64,000 bases of DNA. Origin: an uncultured delta proteobacterium. Its GTDB lineage: Bacteria > Myxococcota_A > Polyangia > Palsa-1104. The notes beneath the pieces are model-generated. The model saw only the letters and a list, made by a program, of their open reading frames with translations, was not told the origin of the DNA and made no database searches. This document shows positions 10,047-22,112 of the stretch, piece by piece. Where the stretch lies: NCBI GenBank assembly GCA_963785725.1, contig CAWAWS010000039.1, forward strand, positions 1 to 64,000, in the 5' to 3' direction. A program made the position numbers and the translations under genes. Position 1 is the stretch's first letter. Each line of letters begins with the position of its first letter.

Positions 10047-10387
10047 GTCGGCCATCATCGCAGGGCTGACCACCGGCCACCCGGGTTCCGCTCCGTAAAG
10101 TTGCAGGCCAGAGGCCCGGGAGGTTGCTCCGAGCCGAACTGTGTCGTTTCCCGCGTCAGGTCAGGGGAGATAACCCGGTAAGTTCCCACCCCCGGGTCAC
10201 GTACAACCGTTCCACGTCAGTCACGAGTCGTGGCGGGACGTGGCCCGGACTTGATCTCCGATCACCACCGCGAATGCGTCGCCAAGGGCCCGATCTAGCC
10301 TTGCGGGTATGCGGGCACCTCGATTCCCCGGCTGGGCGGACATCGCCGGGTCGGTCCTCGCTGGTCCTTGCCGTCTCGATCCCCACA

Positions 10388-10723
10388 ATGGTGATCGAAG
10401 AGGACTGGCACGGTCGGCCGATGATCGACCAGGGGACCCACCTCTGGATTCTCGCCGCCTGTCTCGTGGCCGGAGCCTTCTTTGCCGGGGGAGCGATCGT
10501 GGCCTTTCGCCGGCCGTCAGCTCCGACCAGGTACGCCGCCGCCACCGGGGTCCTGGCGGTGGCGATCCTCCTGAGCGGCGCCCTCTACCGAAGATTCTGG
10601 GTCGTCCATGAGGTCATTCCCACCCCCGTGCAGTGCCTCTGGTTCGCCGGCGTCGTCGCGGCCGTCGTGCTGAGCCTGGCGGGATCACTTCTGGGAAGAC
10701 ACCTCACTCGCTCACAGGCGTGA
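10388..10723 (+). CDS. membrane protein, start uncertain
   Basis: Three hydrophobic segments. Confidence 0.45.
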   Translation: MVIEEDWHGRPMIDQGTHLWILAACLVAGAFFAGGAIVAFRRPSAPTRYAAATGVLAVAILLSGALYRRFWVVHEVIPTPVQCLWFAGVVAAVVLSLAGSLLGRHLTRSQA

Positions 10724-10970
10724 TCAAAGGGTGTCAGAAGCTGCGCGCTGAACCCTGACGTCGCAGTTCGGATCTCCTGGGACAAGGCCCCGATCGACAG
10801 TTCCGATCGACGCGGCCTCCGTTCGCACAATTCAGGCACAAGCGTTGGGGCCCAAACGGGCGTTGGTTGCACAAGGCGAGTTTGCGGGCACCGTTGTCAG
10901 GGCAGTGCCGGCCAGCGGCCGCACGAGGCCGCACGAAGACGCCGAAGGGCGTCGGAACGGAAGGTGCATC

Positions 10971-11327
10971 ATGGAGACTCGCCGTCGTCTTGATCGCCGA
11001 ACCGTCGGTTGGGCCGCCTCGTATCGGCTCGCGGGAGAGCCAGACGGGGCGTGGCGTGATTGCCGGGTCGTCGATATCTCCATGCTCGGTCTCGGGATCA
11101 CGTTCGATCACCCGAACCCTTCCGAACTCTCCGGTCGCCTGATCTCCGTGAACCTCCCCGGAGACGGGAGCTGCGTGAACGTCCGACTCGAGGGTGAGAT
11201 CAGGAACGCGACGGCCACGATGAGTCGGGACATCCGAGTCGGCATCGAGTTCATCCGGCTGTCTGAAACCGAGCAGGCGATCACGGCCGTGCTGAGTGTC
11301 ATGAGCGATGTCTTGGTGAACGCGTAG
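10971..11327 (+). CDS. PilZ-domain protein
   Basis: RRRLDR (RxxxR) and DISMLG (DxSxxG) motifs, VGIEF. Confidence 0.8.
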   Translation: METRRRLDRRTVGWAASYRLAGEPDGAWRDCRVVDISMLGLGITFDHPNPSELSGRLISVNLPGDGSCVNVRLEGEIRNATATMSRDIRVGIEFIRLSETEQAITAVLSVMSDVLVNA

Positions 11328-11406
11328 CGCAGCGAGCTTGTGAAGAAGAACGGAGACAACGCATCCTCCGCTGAGCGGCGACGCCGGAGAAAGGGGAGGG
11401 GTCTTC

Positions 11407-11784
11407 ATGGAGTACCGCCGACGAGCAGAGCGCAAACCCACGGCCTGGGCCGGCTTCTGCCACATTGCCGGGGAATCCCCCTCAATGTGGCGCGATTGCG
11501 AGGTCATCGACATCTCCATGTTCGGTCTCGGGATCACGTTCCATCATCCGCAGCCCTGGGAGCTGGTCAATCGCCGCATTGTCGTCGACATTTCCGCGAT
11601 CGGCGACGCGGTCAACATCCGACTCGAGGGGGAGATCAAGGACGCCGCCTTCACCCTTGAAGGGGACATCTGGGTCGGACTCGAGTTCACCGGGCTCTCC
11701 GAGACCGAGCAGGCAATCGCGGCGGTTCTGAGTGGGATCAACGCGATGGAACCGAGGAGTGCGGCACCTCGAACGGTGGGCTGA
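11407..11784 (+). CDS. PilZ-domain protein (tandem paralog)
   Basis: RRRAER, DISMFG, VGLEF; strongly similar to the upstream gene. Confidence 0.8.
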   Translation: MEYRRRAERKPTAWAGFCHIAGESPSMWRDCEVIDISMFGLGITFHHPQPWELVNRRIVVDISAIGDAVNIRLEGEIKDAAFTLEGDIWVGLEFTGLSETEQAIAAVLSGINAMEPRSAAPRTVG

Positions 11785-11821
11785 GGCGCCACGGCCGAAG
11801 ACGAGCGCCCGCGAAGTCGCC

Positions 11822-12950
11822 CTACGCGGGATTCGACGGCAGCGAATACTTCTCGAAGAACTGCCACATCGTCTCGTCCGCGTTGACGAGGATGATGCCC
11901 CGGCCGACGCCGGCCAAGATCCAGTTCTTCTCGGGGCCCATGTTCAGCGGACTTCCCGGCCACACGTGTCCTGAACCGGTGAAACGCCATAGTGCGACCT
12001 CGGTGCCGGACCGGCAGTGGGTATAGGTGATCGGCGTGGCCGTTTCCCCCGCCGAAATGGAGCCGGCGGCACCCACAATGGCGGTACCGGTAGTGGGCTC
12101 TTTCCTGCACCCGTCCGCCTTGACCCACTGGTCGATGCCCTGCATCACGGATAGACGGTCGAGTGGATTGGCGCTCGGTGTGCCGTCGAACTTGGCGATC
12201 GGATCGTTGACGCTGTGGAACTCCATGGTCGGAACGGCACGGGTCGGGTGGATGACCGGGATCTCGACCTGCCCCGAAACCGACGAGATGGCGGCAATGT
12301 GCCCGGAGGCCTCCGCGGCCATGGCGTACGCCATCATGCCGCCGTTGGAGATGCCCGTCATGTAGACCCGGCGCAGGTCGACGGGAGTCTTGGCCGCAAT
12401 GTCCGAAATGACCTTGAGGAGGAATCCGACGTCATTGATGTGCTTGGTGACGGGGAGCCCACAGCACATCCCGGCGTTCCATCCGTACTGCGCGTTCTTC
12501 GCTATCGGATCGGGCGTGAGGACTTTCGAGATCCGGGTCCCGTCGGGGTAGGCGACGAGATACCCGTTCATGTCCGCATTGGGGTCCATGTCGGACGTGA
12601 TCTCCTCGAGCTGCGCATTCTGCGTGGCGCCGTGGAGATTGAGCACCAGGGGCAGCGGCTTCCCCGACGCAGCCGCCGGCGGGACATGGAGCCGGTAGTC
12701 GCGCTGCATGCCGTCGAATGTGAGCGTGAAGACATACGACCCGCTCTCCGGCGCCAGGACGGGATGTGCCGGCGTGGCGGTCGCTGCCGAAGCGGTTCCC
12801 GGACCAGCGATCGCCGCCGCGGTGAGGACGATGAGAACGGCGAGGGTGCTCAGAACGGCATCGACGGCTCTCCGAGGGCCCTTGGCTCCCGCCGCACAGG
12901 CTGTCGGAGTGGTCGGAGCCTTCTCGCCTGCGTCCCCAGATTGCAGAACA
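11822..12950 (-). CDS. secreted PHB depolymerase/LpqC-type esterase (start uncertain)
   Basis: PLVLNLHG, WNAGMCCG, DVGFL, GISNGGMMA, GHVWPG; signal-like segment. Confidence 0.85.
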
Positions 12951-13135
12951 AGCGTTCGCTCACGCTTCAGCTTCTCATGGTCCGCAGCGTCTCGCCCGCC
13001 ACAAGACGCCGGTGGCGGAGCCCTCCAGCGCGCGTCGGGAGGCGGGCCGTCACGGATCGAATTCGGGGATCGCCAAAGTGAGGAGCCGGCGGCGCCAGGA
13101 CCGCGCAAGCCAACTGGAGCCCGACGCGAGCCCTC

Positions 13136-13360
13136 CTATGCGACCCTCAGCCGGCGGATCAGCCTGCGCTCGTAATCGGTGGTCCCGCCCCACAGTCCCG
13201 TGATGGAGTCGTCGGACAACGCGAACTCCAAACACTCGCGGCGAACGGGGCACGACTCGCAGATCTCTCGTATGGATCGGTAGTCGAACTTCGGACCCTG
13301 CACAAAGTCCTCGGGTCCGCGCCCTCGGCAGGCCGCTTGCAGATGCCACTCTGACAGCAT
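13136..13360 (-). CDS. whiB: WhiB-family transcriptional regulator
   Basis: Four Cys (AAC...CESCPVRREC) plus GLWGG motif. Confidence 0.9.
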   Translation of the reverse strand: MLSEWHLQAACRGRGPEDFVQGPKFDYRSIREICESCPVRRECLEFALSDDSITGLWGGTTDYERRLIRRLRVA

Positions 13361-13696
13361 CGTCCCTCCCCCAACTCCCTAGCTCCAATCGGATGCTGAC
13401 AGTGCCCTCGAAGCCGAAATAGAGCCGTCCGGACGCATCCGGCACAACGGATGCACAACGTCTCGCTGCTCACGCACGGAGTCCGCAGACGCCCGTCGGC
13501 GCACTCTGCACAGGGCGGCCCCGCCCAGGTTCGAGCCGGAAGCCATCGCTCCGCGCCACGCGGTGCAACGCGGTTGCACCAACGCCTTCGTCGGCAATCG
13601 GCAGACAATTCACCGAGCGGCCCCTCGGAGCAGACGGGCACCGATGGTACGTTCCAGAGGCTGATCCATTCCCGGGCACGAGGGGGCGAACGGAAC

Positions 13697-16189
13697 GTGA
13701 GACGGCACCAGTACGGCCCGCGCGCCGCGTCGAAGGCACTGGCACGTGCCGTGATCGCTGGTCGCGGCTGCGCTCGGATCCTCCGTCGCCGTCGCGACCG
13801 TCGCACCGGTCGACGCAGGCGCGGCTGGCATTGTGCCGCCGTCGAAGCCCGCGGTGGACATCCCGCCTCAGGTCGTGCCCCACTGCACATCCACCCCGGT
13901 CGACGACACCAGCACGGGGTGCATCGACTCGGTGCTGCACAACATCAACTACGCCAGATCGCTCGAGGGGCTCGGCCCGATGGTCCTGCCGAGCGGCTAC
14001 GCGAACGACCCGGTGCCCATGCAGCAGTTGATCATCGCCGACGAGGAGCGTGGCGACCGCGGTCTGTCGCAGTTCGCCGGCCTCGATCCTGCTCTCGACA
14101 CAGCGGCGCTGACCGGCGCGCAGGACAACCAGGACCCGGCCGCTCCCGCCGGCTACGCAGGACAACGGTGGGGGAGCGAACTTCGCTCTCGACTTCACGC
14201 CCCTCGGAGCCGACTACGCCTGGATGTACAACGACGGGTACGGCGGCACCAACCTCGAGTGCACCTCGCCGACCGATCCCGGGTGCTGGGGCCACCGGGA
14301 CACCATCCTGGGCCCCTGGACCACCACGGGCAGCCAGACGGCACAGATGGGGGACGGGGACACGACCTCGGGCCAGTACACCCAGATCTTCATGAACCAG
14401 CAGGACCCGGCCGATGCCCTGGTCGACACCCTCTCGCCCAGCGCGCTGCCGACGCCGTCGACGGCGGCTGCACCTGACGTGGTGCAGGTCATCCCCGCCT
14501 CGACCCCGAGCACCGGGGCCGGCACGCCGGTGACCATCGAGGGGAACTACTTCAACACGTCGTCAACCCCGCAGGTGTTCTTCGGCGGCGTCGCCGCGAC
14601 CAACGTCCAGGTGAGCTGGGACGGCGAGCTGAGCGCCGACGCACCGGCGGATCCGGCGGGCACGGCGACGGATCAGGTCGTCGTCACGGTGTCGACGCCG
14701 GCCGGCTCGTCCAGCTCATCGGGGACCGAGCAGGTGAACGAGTTCACCTACGCCCCGAACAACGCGCCGAGCGTGACGTCGGTGTCCCCGGCGTCGGGGT
14801 CGCAGATCCCATCGGGCAGCGTGACGATCCACGGCACCAACCTGACCAGCGGGGGAACCCAGCCGATCGTCGATTTCGGGACGGTCGCCAGCATCGGCTC
14901 CATGACCTACGGCGCCAACCAGATCACGGCCACGATCCCTTCCGCCGTCGACCCCGGAACCGTGAACGTCACCGTCACGACGCCGTCGGGCACCAGCGGG
15001 GTGTCTGCCGGCGACCAGTACACGTACACGGGCAGCGGCGCCTCTGCGTCGCCGGCCATCACCAGCGGCAATCACGCCACGTTCTCGTCCGGCACAGCGG
15101 GCGTGTTCGACATCACGACGACGGGGACACCCGGCGCCAGCGCGGTCAGCGACAGCGCCTTCAGCGGTTGTACCCCGTCCACGCTCCCCGCCAGCATCAC
15201 GCTGAACTACACCGGCGGGACGACGGCCACGCTCGACGGGACGCCACAACCCGGTGACGGCGGCATCTTCACGGTCTGCCTCACCGCGGCCAACGGCATC
15301 GGGGCGGTTGCCACCCAGGTGTTCACCCTCACCGTGGACGCGCCGGCCGTCACGCCTCCCACGCCGACTCCTCCGACGCCCGCCGCCCCGTCGCCGCCAC
15401 AACACGGCTACTGGTTGGTCGGCTCCGACGGCGGCATCTTCACCTTCGGCGCGGCCCAGTTCTACGGTTCGACCGGTTCATTGCATCTGCAGCGGCCCGT
15501 CGTCGGCATCACGCCGACGGCGAACCGCGGCGGGTACTGGCTGGTCGCGTCGGACGGTGGCATCTTCGCCTTCGGCAATGCCGGCTACTACGGGTCCATT
15601 CCGGGGAGCGGCCTGAACCCCGCCGGATCGGGCCTGGCCCACAGCCTGAACGCGCCCATCGTCGGCATGGTGCCCTCCAACGACGGCGGCGGTTACTTCA
15701 TGGTGGCCTCGGACGGGGGCGTCTTCGCGTTCGGTGACGCCCGCTTCGAGGGCTCCTGCCCGGGCATCGGCGGCTGCAGCGGTGCCGCAGTGGCCGTGGT
15801 GCCCGATGCCACGGGCAATGGCTATTGGGTGGTCACGAGTACCGGCAACGTCTACACGTTCGGCGACGCCGTCAACTACGGGCAGCCGGGACTGCAGAGC
15901 TCGAAGATCACGTCGGCCGGCGGCCACACCGAGCGGTGGCGGGTACTGGATCCTCGACGCTGCCGGGCAGGTGTTCCCGTTCGGCAACGCGGCACCATTG
16001 GGCGGCATGGCCGCCGGCACGGCGGGGGGCTTCGATCCGGCGTCCGCCATCTTCGCCACGTCCGACGGCGGGGGCTACTGGATCGTGACCGCACTGGGCA
16101 AGGTGTCGTCCTACGGCGATGCCCCCGATGACGGCGATGTGTCGGGCACCCATCTCAACGGGCCGATCGTGGCCGCCTCCGGATCCTGA
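13697..16189 (+). CDS. secreted multidomain protein: CAP-like N-terminus, IPT/TIG and Ig-like domains, C-terminal GYWLVASDGG repeats (frameshifted)
   Basis: WMYNDG...CWGHRDTIL, PVTIEGNYF, VTIHGTNL, repeated GYWLVxSDGGIFxFG. Confidence 0.8.
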
Positions 16190-16285
16190 GCCCGCGCCGG
16201 GCCCACGCGGAGGCCGGTCACGGGGCACGGACGAGCCGATTCGAATCTATGGTGGGGTCACGAACCGACCCCTCAGGGAGGGAAC

Positions 16286-17070
16286 ATGGGCATCTTCCAG
16301 CGGGCGCACGACATTGTGCAGGCCAAGACCAACAAGGCACTCGACGCGGCCGAGAAGCCCGACGAGATGCTGGACCTCTCCTACGAGAAGATGCTCGAGC
16401 AGATCACCCAGGTGCGCCGGGCCCTGGTCGATCTCGCCGCCTCCAAGAAGCGCCTGGAGCTGCAGCAGGAGCAGTTCCAGCACACCGTCGACCACCTGCA
16501 GGACCAGGCCAAGCAGGCCCTGGGCGCCGGCCGGGAGGACCTGGCCAAGGAAGCGCTCTCGCGTAAGGCGGCCGCCCAGCAGCAGATCGACGAGATGGAG
16601 CCGCAGCGCCAACAGCTCGACGAGGAGGAGACGAAGCTCACCACGACCCTCGACGCGCTGCAGAAGCGGGTGAACGACTTCCGCACCCAGAAGGAGACCC
16701 TCAAGGCGCAGTACACGGCGGCCAAGGCCGTCTCGGAGGTCGACGAGAGCACCGCCGGCATTTCGAAGTCGTTCAACGACTCGGGGCAGTCCCTGCAGAG
16801 GGCCCAGGACAAGATCGCCACCATGCAGGCCCGCTCGGGCGCCCTCGACGAGTTGCTCGAGTCCGGCGTGCTCGAGGACGTCGGCGGCAGCACCGACGAC
16901 ATCCAGAAGGAGCTCGACCAGGTCGGCAAGGACGCCCAGGTGGACAACGAGCTGGCGGCCCTCAAGGCGCAGCTGGGCACCGGCGCTCCGCCCGAGCCCG
17001 ATGCGCTGGCCGCTCCCGCGCCGCTCCCGCGCCGGCCGCCGCTCCCGAGGAGTCGACGCCGGCCACGTAG
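16286..17070 (+). CDS. pspA: PspA/IM30 family protein
   Basis: MGIFQR...AEKPDEML, GREDLAKEAL, coiled coil; frameshift near the C-terminus. Confidence 0.85.
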
Positions 17071-18039
17071 TCAGGCCGGGGGAGTGCTGTCCCCCACGAA
17101 ACGCGCCACGACGTCCGCCAAAGGAACGCCACCGTCCTCCTGGAGGAAATGGCCGGCGCCCTCCACGGTGACGTGGCGCTGGCCGGCCGCACCCGGCACA
17201 TGCTCCTGCAGGACTTCCGCCCAGCCGCGGGTCGCGGGATCGCCGTCGGAGAACGCGGTGAGGAAGGGGGCGTCGAACGTGGCCAGCGCGCGCATGGTGC
17301 GGCGGTTCAGGCGCGCGCACTCGCTGGCGGGGGTGAGGCCCATCAGCAGCGGGAGCTGGCGCGGCCCGGCGCAGAAGGTCTCGTCGGGGAAGGGCGCGTC
17401 GTAGGCCGCCAGGACGGCGTCCGGCACCTCCCACTCGGTGGCCCCCTGCACGAACAGGCTCGGGCGGAACGGCGTGAGCTCCTGGGTGAGGCGCTGGTAG
17501 TCGAGCAGCATCTGCGCCACGGTGACGGTGCCGTCCGGTCCGGCGTGGCAGGGCCATTCCAGCCGTCCCGCCAACGCGGGATCGGCCGTGTGCAACACCG
17601 TGTTGGCGGCCACCACCCGGCGGACGAGCCCGGGGTGGGCACTGAGGACGCCCAAGCCGATGGGGCCGCCCCAGTCCTGGACGACGAGGGTCAGGTCGGA
17701 CAGGCCGACGAGGCCGATGAACTGGGCCAGCCAGTCGACGTGGGCCTGGACCGAGTACGCCGCACGGGCCACCGGCTTGTCGGAGCGACCGAAGCCGATC
17801 AGGTCCGGGGCCACGGCGCGCAGCCCCTGCTGGGCCAGGCGGGCCACCATGGTGCGGTAGAGGTACGACCAGGTGGGCTGGCCGTGCAGCAGGAGCACGA
17901 CCTCGGCATCGGCCGGGCCTTCGTCGATGTAGTGCATGCGCAGGCCGTCGGGCAGCGTGGCGTAGCGCGGATCGAAGGGATAGCCGGGGAGGTCGGCGAA
18001 GCGCTCTTCGGGTGTCCGCACCACGTCCACGGCGCTCAT
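17071..18039 (-). CDS. haloalkane dehalogenase
   Basis: RTPEERF, MHYIDEG, HGQPTWSYLYR, QDWGG, AYDAPFP, GHFLQED. Confidence 0.9.
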   Translation of the reverse strand: MSAVDVVRTPEERFADLPGYPFDPRYATLPDGLRMHYIDEGPADAEVVLLLHGQPTWSYLYRTMVARLAQQGLRAVAPDLIGFGRSDKPVARAAYSVQAHVDWLAQFIGLVGLSDLTLVVQDWGGPIGLGVLSAHPGLVRRVVAANTVLHTADPALAGRLEWPCHAGPDGTVTVAQMLLDYQRLTQELTPFRPSLFVQGATEWEVPDAVLAAYDAPFPDETFCAGPRQLPLLMGLTPASECARLNRRTMRALATFDAPFLTAFSDGDPATRGWAEVLQEHVPGAAGQRHVTVEGAGHFLQEDGGVPLADVVARFVGDSTPPA

Positions 18040-18088
18040 GTTGCCGCACCGCTGGCACCGGGGTGGCGAGCCTGATGGACTCGGGGTC

Positions 18089-19253
18089 ATGAGCGAGGAG
18101 CGCTGCGACGTGGCCGTGATCGGTGCCGGCCTGGTCGGCCTGGCCCTCGCCTACGAGCTGGCGTGCCTGGGGGCGAGCGTGGCGGTCATCGACGCCGGCC
18201 ATCCGGGACGGGCCACCGACGCCGGGGCGGGCATCCTGTCGCCGGTCACGAGCATGGAGACCGAAGAGCCGCTGTGGCTGTTCCTGCGCGAGGCCGGCGC
18301 CCACTACCCGGCCCTGCTGCTGCGGATGGAGTTCGACGGCGTGGACGTCGCCGGGACGGGCTACGGCCCCTGCGGCATGCTCTCCGTCGGCCTGCGCCCG
18401 AACGAGGACGAGTGGTTCGCCCCCTTTGCCGAGCTGGTGCTCCGCCGGGCGCCCGGTGAGATCGCCGAGATCACGCCGGAAGAGGCCAGCTCGCACTTCC
18501 CCCCGCTCGGCCCCGTGCACCGCGTGCTGCACGCGCCCGGTTCGGCGCGGGTCGACGGCCGGGGCATGGCCGCCGCGCTCCGCCAGGCCGCGGCTGCGCG
18601 CGGCGTCGTGTTCGTGCCCGGCGCGGCGCACGGCGTCCAGGCGGGCGGCGCCGTCGCGGGAGCCGGGGGCGGACGCCGCGTCGAGGCCGTCGAGGTGGAG
18701 GGGCATCAGAACGTGGCCTGCGGCGCGGTTGCCGTCGCCGGTGGCGCCTGGACCGCGGCGACCGGCGAGTGGCTCGGCACGACGACTGCCCATCGGCCCC
18801 ACCAAGGGCCAGATCGTGCATCTCGGCGTGGGTGCGGAGACGGGTGGGTGGCCGATCGTGCAGCCGCTCCTGACCCACTATCTCGTGCCCTGGCCCGGGG
18901 GGCGGGTGGCCTGCGGCGGCACGTTCGAGGCCGCAGCCGGGTTCTCCGTCAGCGTGACCGCGGCGGGCCTGCACGAGCTCCTCCGCGAGTGCCTGACGGT
19001 GGCGCCGGGACTGAACGGCGCCACCTACCTCGAGACGCGGGTGGGGCTGCGGCCCACGTCGGCCGACGATCGCGCCGTCGTGGGCCGGCTGCCGGGTTGG
19101 GGCAACGCCTGGGTGGCGACCGGACACGGCGCCAACGGCCTGCTGCAGGGCCCCTATTCCGCCCGGGTGCTGGCGCACGAAATGGCGGGCGTGGCCCAGC
19201 CGACGGACGAGGCGCCGCTGCCGGGCTCGTTCGACCCCGGCCGTTTCGCCTGA
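18089..19253 (+). CDS. FAD-dependent D-amino acid/glycine oxidase-like oxidoreductase (frameshift ~18780)
   Basis: GAGLVG, ATDAGAG, KGQIVH, GLRPTSAD, ATGHGANGL. Confidence 0.85.
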
Positions 19254-19340
19254 AGGCCTGAGCCGGAGACGGGCCCGGGCCCGGTCCGGGTCTTCGGATC
19301 ATCCACCAGGCCACGGCCGGGTGCGGAGAAACTGTCCCGC

Positions 19341-20349
19341 GTGACCGCGCCCGTGACCGCGCCCGTGTTGGTCGGCACCCTGCGCCAGGCCGGCAAAGAT
19401 GCGCCCGCCACGATGGAGAACGTGCTCGCCGCATTGGCCGGGACCGAGGCCTTCTGGCTCGACCTCGACGACGCGGCGTCGGACGGCACGGTCAGCGAGC
19501 TCCTGACCGACCACTTCAATTTCCATCACCTCGCCGTCCAGTCAGCCGAGCGCTTCAACCAGCGACCCCGGATTGACGCCTACGGCGACTTCGTCTACCT
19601 CGTGGCCCGCGGTGCCGACCCGGACCACACGGGCCACGCCGAGGTCCACTGCTTCTGGACGGACCGCTACGTCGTGACCGTGCACCAGCGGGCCGTGCCC
19701 GGCGGTGGACCACGTGCGTCAGTGGCTCGAGAACCACCCGCTGAACACCGTCGCCTCGCCTCAGCTCGTCATCGTGTACCTCGTCGTCGGCGGCCTGGTG
19801 GACAGCTTCTTCCCCGTCCTCTCCAAGTTCGACGACAAGATCGACACCCTGGAGGACCAGGTCCTCCAACAGCCGACCGAGGCGCAGCTCGGCGAGCTGT
19901 TCCAGATGAAGCGGTCCCTCATGGACATGCGCAAGATCGTCGCCCCGGAGCGGGACATGATCGCCACCATCAACACCGGCGTCACCGACATACCCGGCAT
20001 GACGGAGGAGGCCACGCGCTACTTCCGTGACCTCTACGACCACTTGATCCGCGTGGCGGACCAGATCGACAACTACCGGGACCTGCTCTCCAGCGTCATG
20101 GACACGCACCTGTCGACGGTGTCGAACCGCCTCAACGTGGTGATGAAGCAGCTCACCATCATCGCCACCATCTTCTTGCCCCTGAGCTTCCTCACGGGGT
20201 TCTTCGGCCAGAACTTCGCCTTGCTGGTGCGCTGGATCGGGTCGACGTGGAGCTTCTGGGTGTTCGCGGTCGCCGTGGACATCGTCACCGCGGTGGGGCT
20301 GATCTGGGTGTTCCGGCGCCGCGGCTGGCTGGGTGGCCCGACGGTCTGA
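19341..20349 (+). CDS. corA: CorA-family Mg/Co transporter (frameshift ~19690)
   Basis: QRPRID, YFRDLYDH, NRLNVVMKQLT, FLTGFFGQNF. Confidence 0.9.
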
Positions 20350-20380
20350 CGCTGTGCCGCTGCCGGGGCGGGTCGATCGG

Positions 20381-21840
20381 TCAGCCGCGCCCGGAGGAGC
20401 AGAGAGGCAGGCCCTGCGGCCGCTCCGCCGTGTGGGCCTCGTAGCCGGTCCACCAGTCCTCGCAGCCGTCGGGCACCGGGAAGCCGAGCTGCTTGCGCCG
20501 GTCCACCAGGGAGCGGACCTGCTCCTTGTGCTCGCGCACGAGCGCCAGCGTCCCGGCGTCGCTCTCGCCGAGACGCCCGGCGCGCCCAGAGCGACTCCTC
20601 CAGGCGCCAGGCCTCGCGGCGCGCCTCGACGATGGCGTGGGTGCCGTCGGCGATGTCGGCCCGGATGTCGGCGTCACCGTCGGCCAGGAGGTCGGCGGCG
20701 CGCAGCCAGCCGTAGTCCTTGTTGATGCGCAGGAGCCCCGGCTCGATTTCGAACAGGCCGACCACGTCGACCACAGGATCGACCGTCGTCAACGTGGTCC
20801 CTTCGGGAAGGTGGATGTTCAGGTTCGAGATCTGCCGCTCCGCCACCCCGATCATCCCCATGGAGCGGAGCCCGATGTACCCGGCCGGGGCCGCCGCATA
20901 GTCCCGCTCGTCGCGCGGCAGCCGCAGCGGCACCGCCACCACGGCGATGATCCGGGTCGCGCCGAGGGCGGCGGCGGCGGACACCGGGACGATCTCGATG
21001 ACCCCGCCGTCGACGTAGTCGTCGTCGGCCATGGGGTGGGGCGGGAAGACCATGGGCACGCTGGCCGACGCGATGGCGCCGTCGACCAGGTCGACCGGTC
21101 CGGCGGACTCGGCCGGCGCGGGGGTCCGGGCGTCGGACTCCACCAGGGTGCCGTCCTCGGTGACGTAGCGCAGGACGCCGGCACGCAACGCGGTGACGGC
21201 CAGCCGGAGTTGCAAGCCGGGGCGGGCGATCAGGTCCGGATCGACGGCCCGGACCCCGTCCTCGCTGCCGTGGCGGAGCGCACCCTCCAGCGGGTCCAGG
21301 TTGAGCACCGAGCTCCCGCTGCTGCGCAGTTGGCGCCGGACACGCGGTAGCCGGAGCCCAGCCCCGGCGACGAGGCGCGCCAGGTGGCGCTGGCGCTTGC
21401 GCCGGGCCTTGCGGGCCTGGCGCCGCCCCTTGCGGCCTGCATCGCACGCGGGCACCACCTCGTTGCCCGCCAGCACGGTCGATGGGGTCAGCGGGAAGGG
21501 CGGCCGGGTGCCCTCGGTGATCTCCTGGTGGATCTCGCGGCCCAGGGCGGTGCCGTCCGAGCGCGCCGAGCCAGGCCTGCTTGCCGAACACGTGCTCGGT
21601 CTGCGTCCAGGCCAGGACGTCACCCTCGATCTCGTTCACGCGGTCCAAGAACTCGGGGAGCGTGCGGGCCTGGGCCAGCACGGTGGCGGCGATGGCACCG
21701 GCCGAGGTCGCTGTGATGATGTCGGGGGCGATCCCCTCGACGCCGACGAGGTACTGCAGCACGCCGACCTCGAAGGAGCCCTTGGTGCCGCCTCCGGCCA
21801 GGACGAAGGCAGTGGGCCCCGGGCGGGGTTCAGGAGGCAT
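20381..21840 (-). CDS. patatin-like phospholipase (frameshifted)
   Basis: GGGTKG, TSAG, YVDGG. Confidence 0.85.
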
Positions 21841-21896
21841 CGAAGGATTCTGGCACCGGCCGCCCGGCGCGGACAAAGACACTCGGGCGACGGAGC

Positions 21897-22112
21897 TCAG
21901 CCGCCGGCGGCGGCGGTCACGACCTCGACCAGGGAGCCGGCGCGGGCGGGCGTGGTGGCCCATTCCGAGCGGGGGACGACGCAGCGGTCGACGGCGACCG
22001 CCACCCCCTTGGGGTCGTCCTGGGCGGTGAGGTCCGCCACGAGGTCGGCGATGGTGGCGCCCGGGCGGACCTCGACCGGCTCGCCGTTCAGATGGAGGGC
22101 CAGCGCCGTCAC
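21897..22112 (-). CDS. thiS: sulfur carrier ThiS
   Basis: LNGE, VAVAVD, C-terminal GG. Confidence 0.9.
   Translation of the reverse strand: MTALALHLNGEPVEVRPGATIADLVADLTAQDDPKGVAVAVDRCVVPRSEWATTPARAGSLVEVVTAAAGG

Noticed and set aside
10730..10830. Possible degenerate third PilZ copy on the minus strand
   Set aside because: Only a few matching residues (EIRxAT); no motifs.
16247..18805. Long antisense or alternative-frame ORFs (e.g. 852 aa)
   Set aside because: Shadow ORFs of high-GC genes with Arg/Pro/Gly-rich non-protein-like composition.
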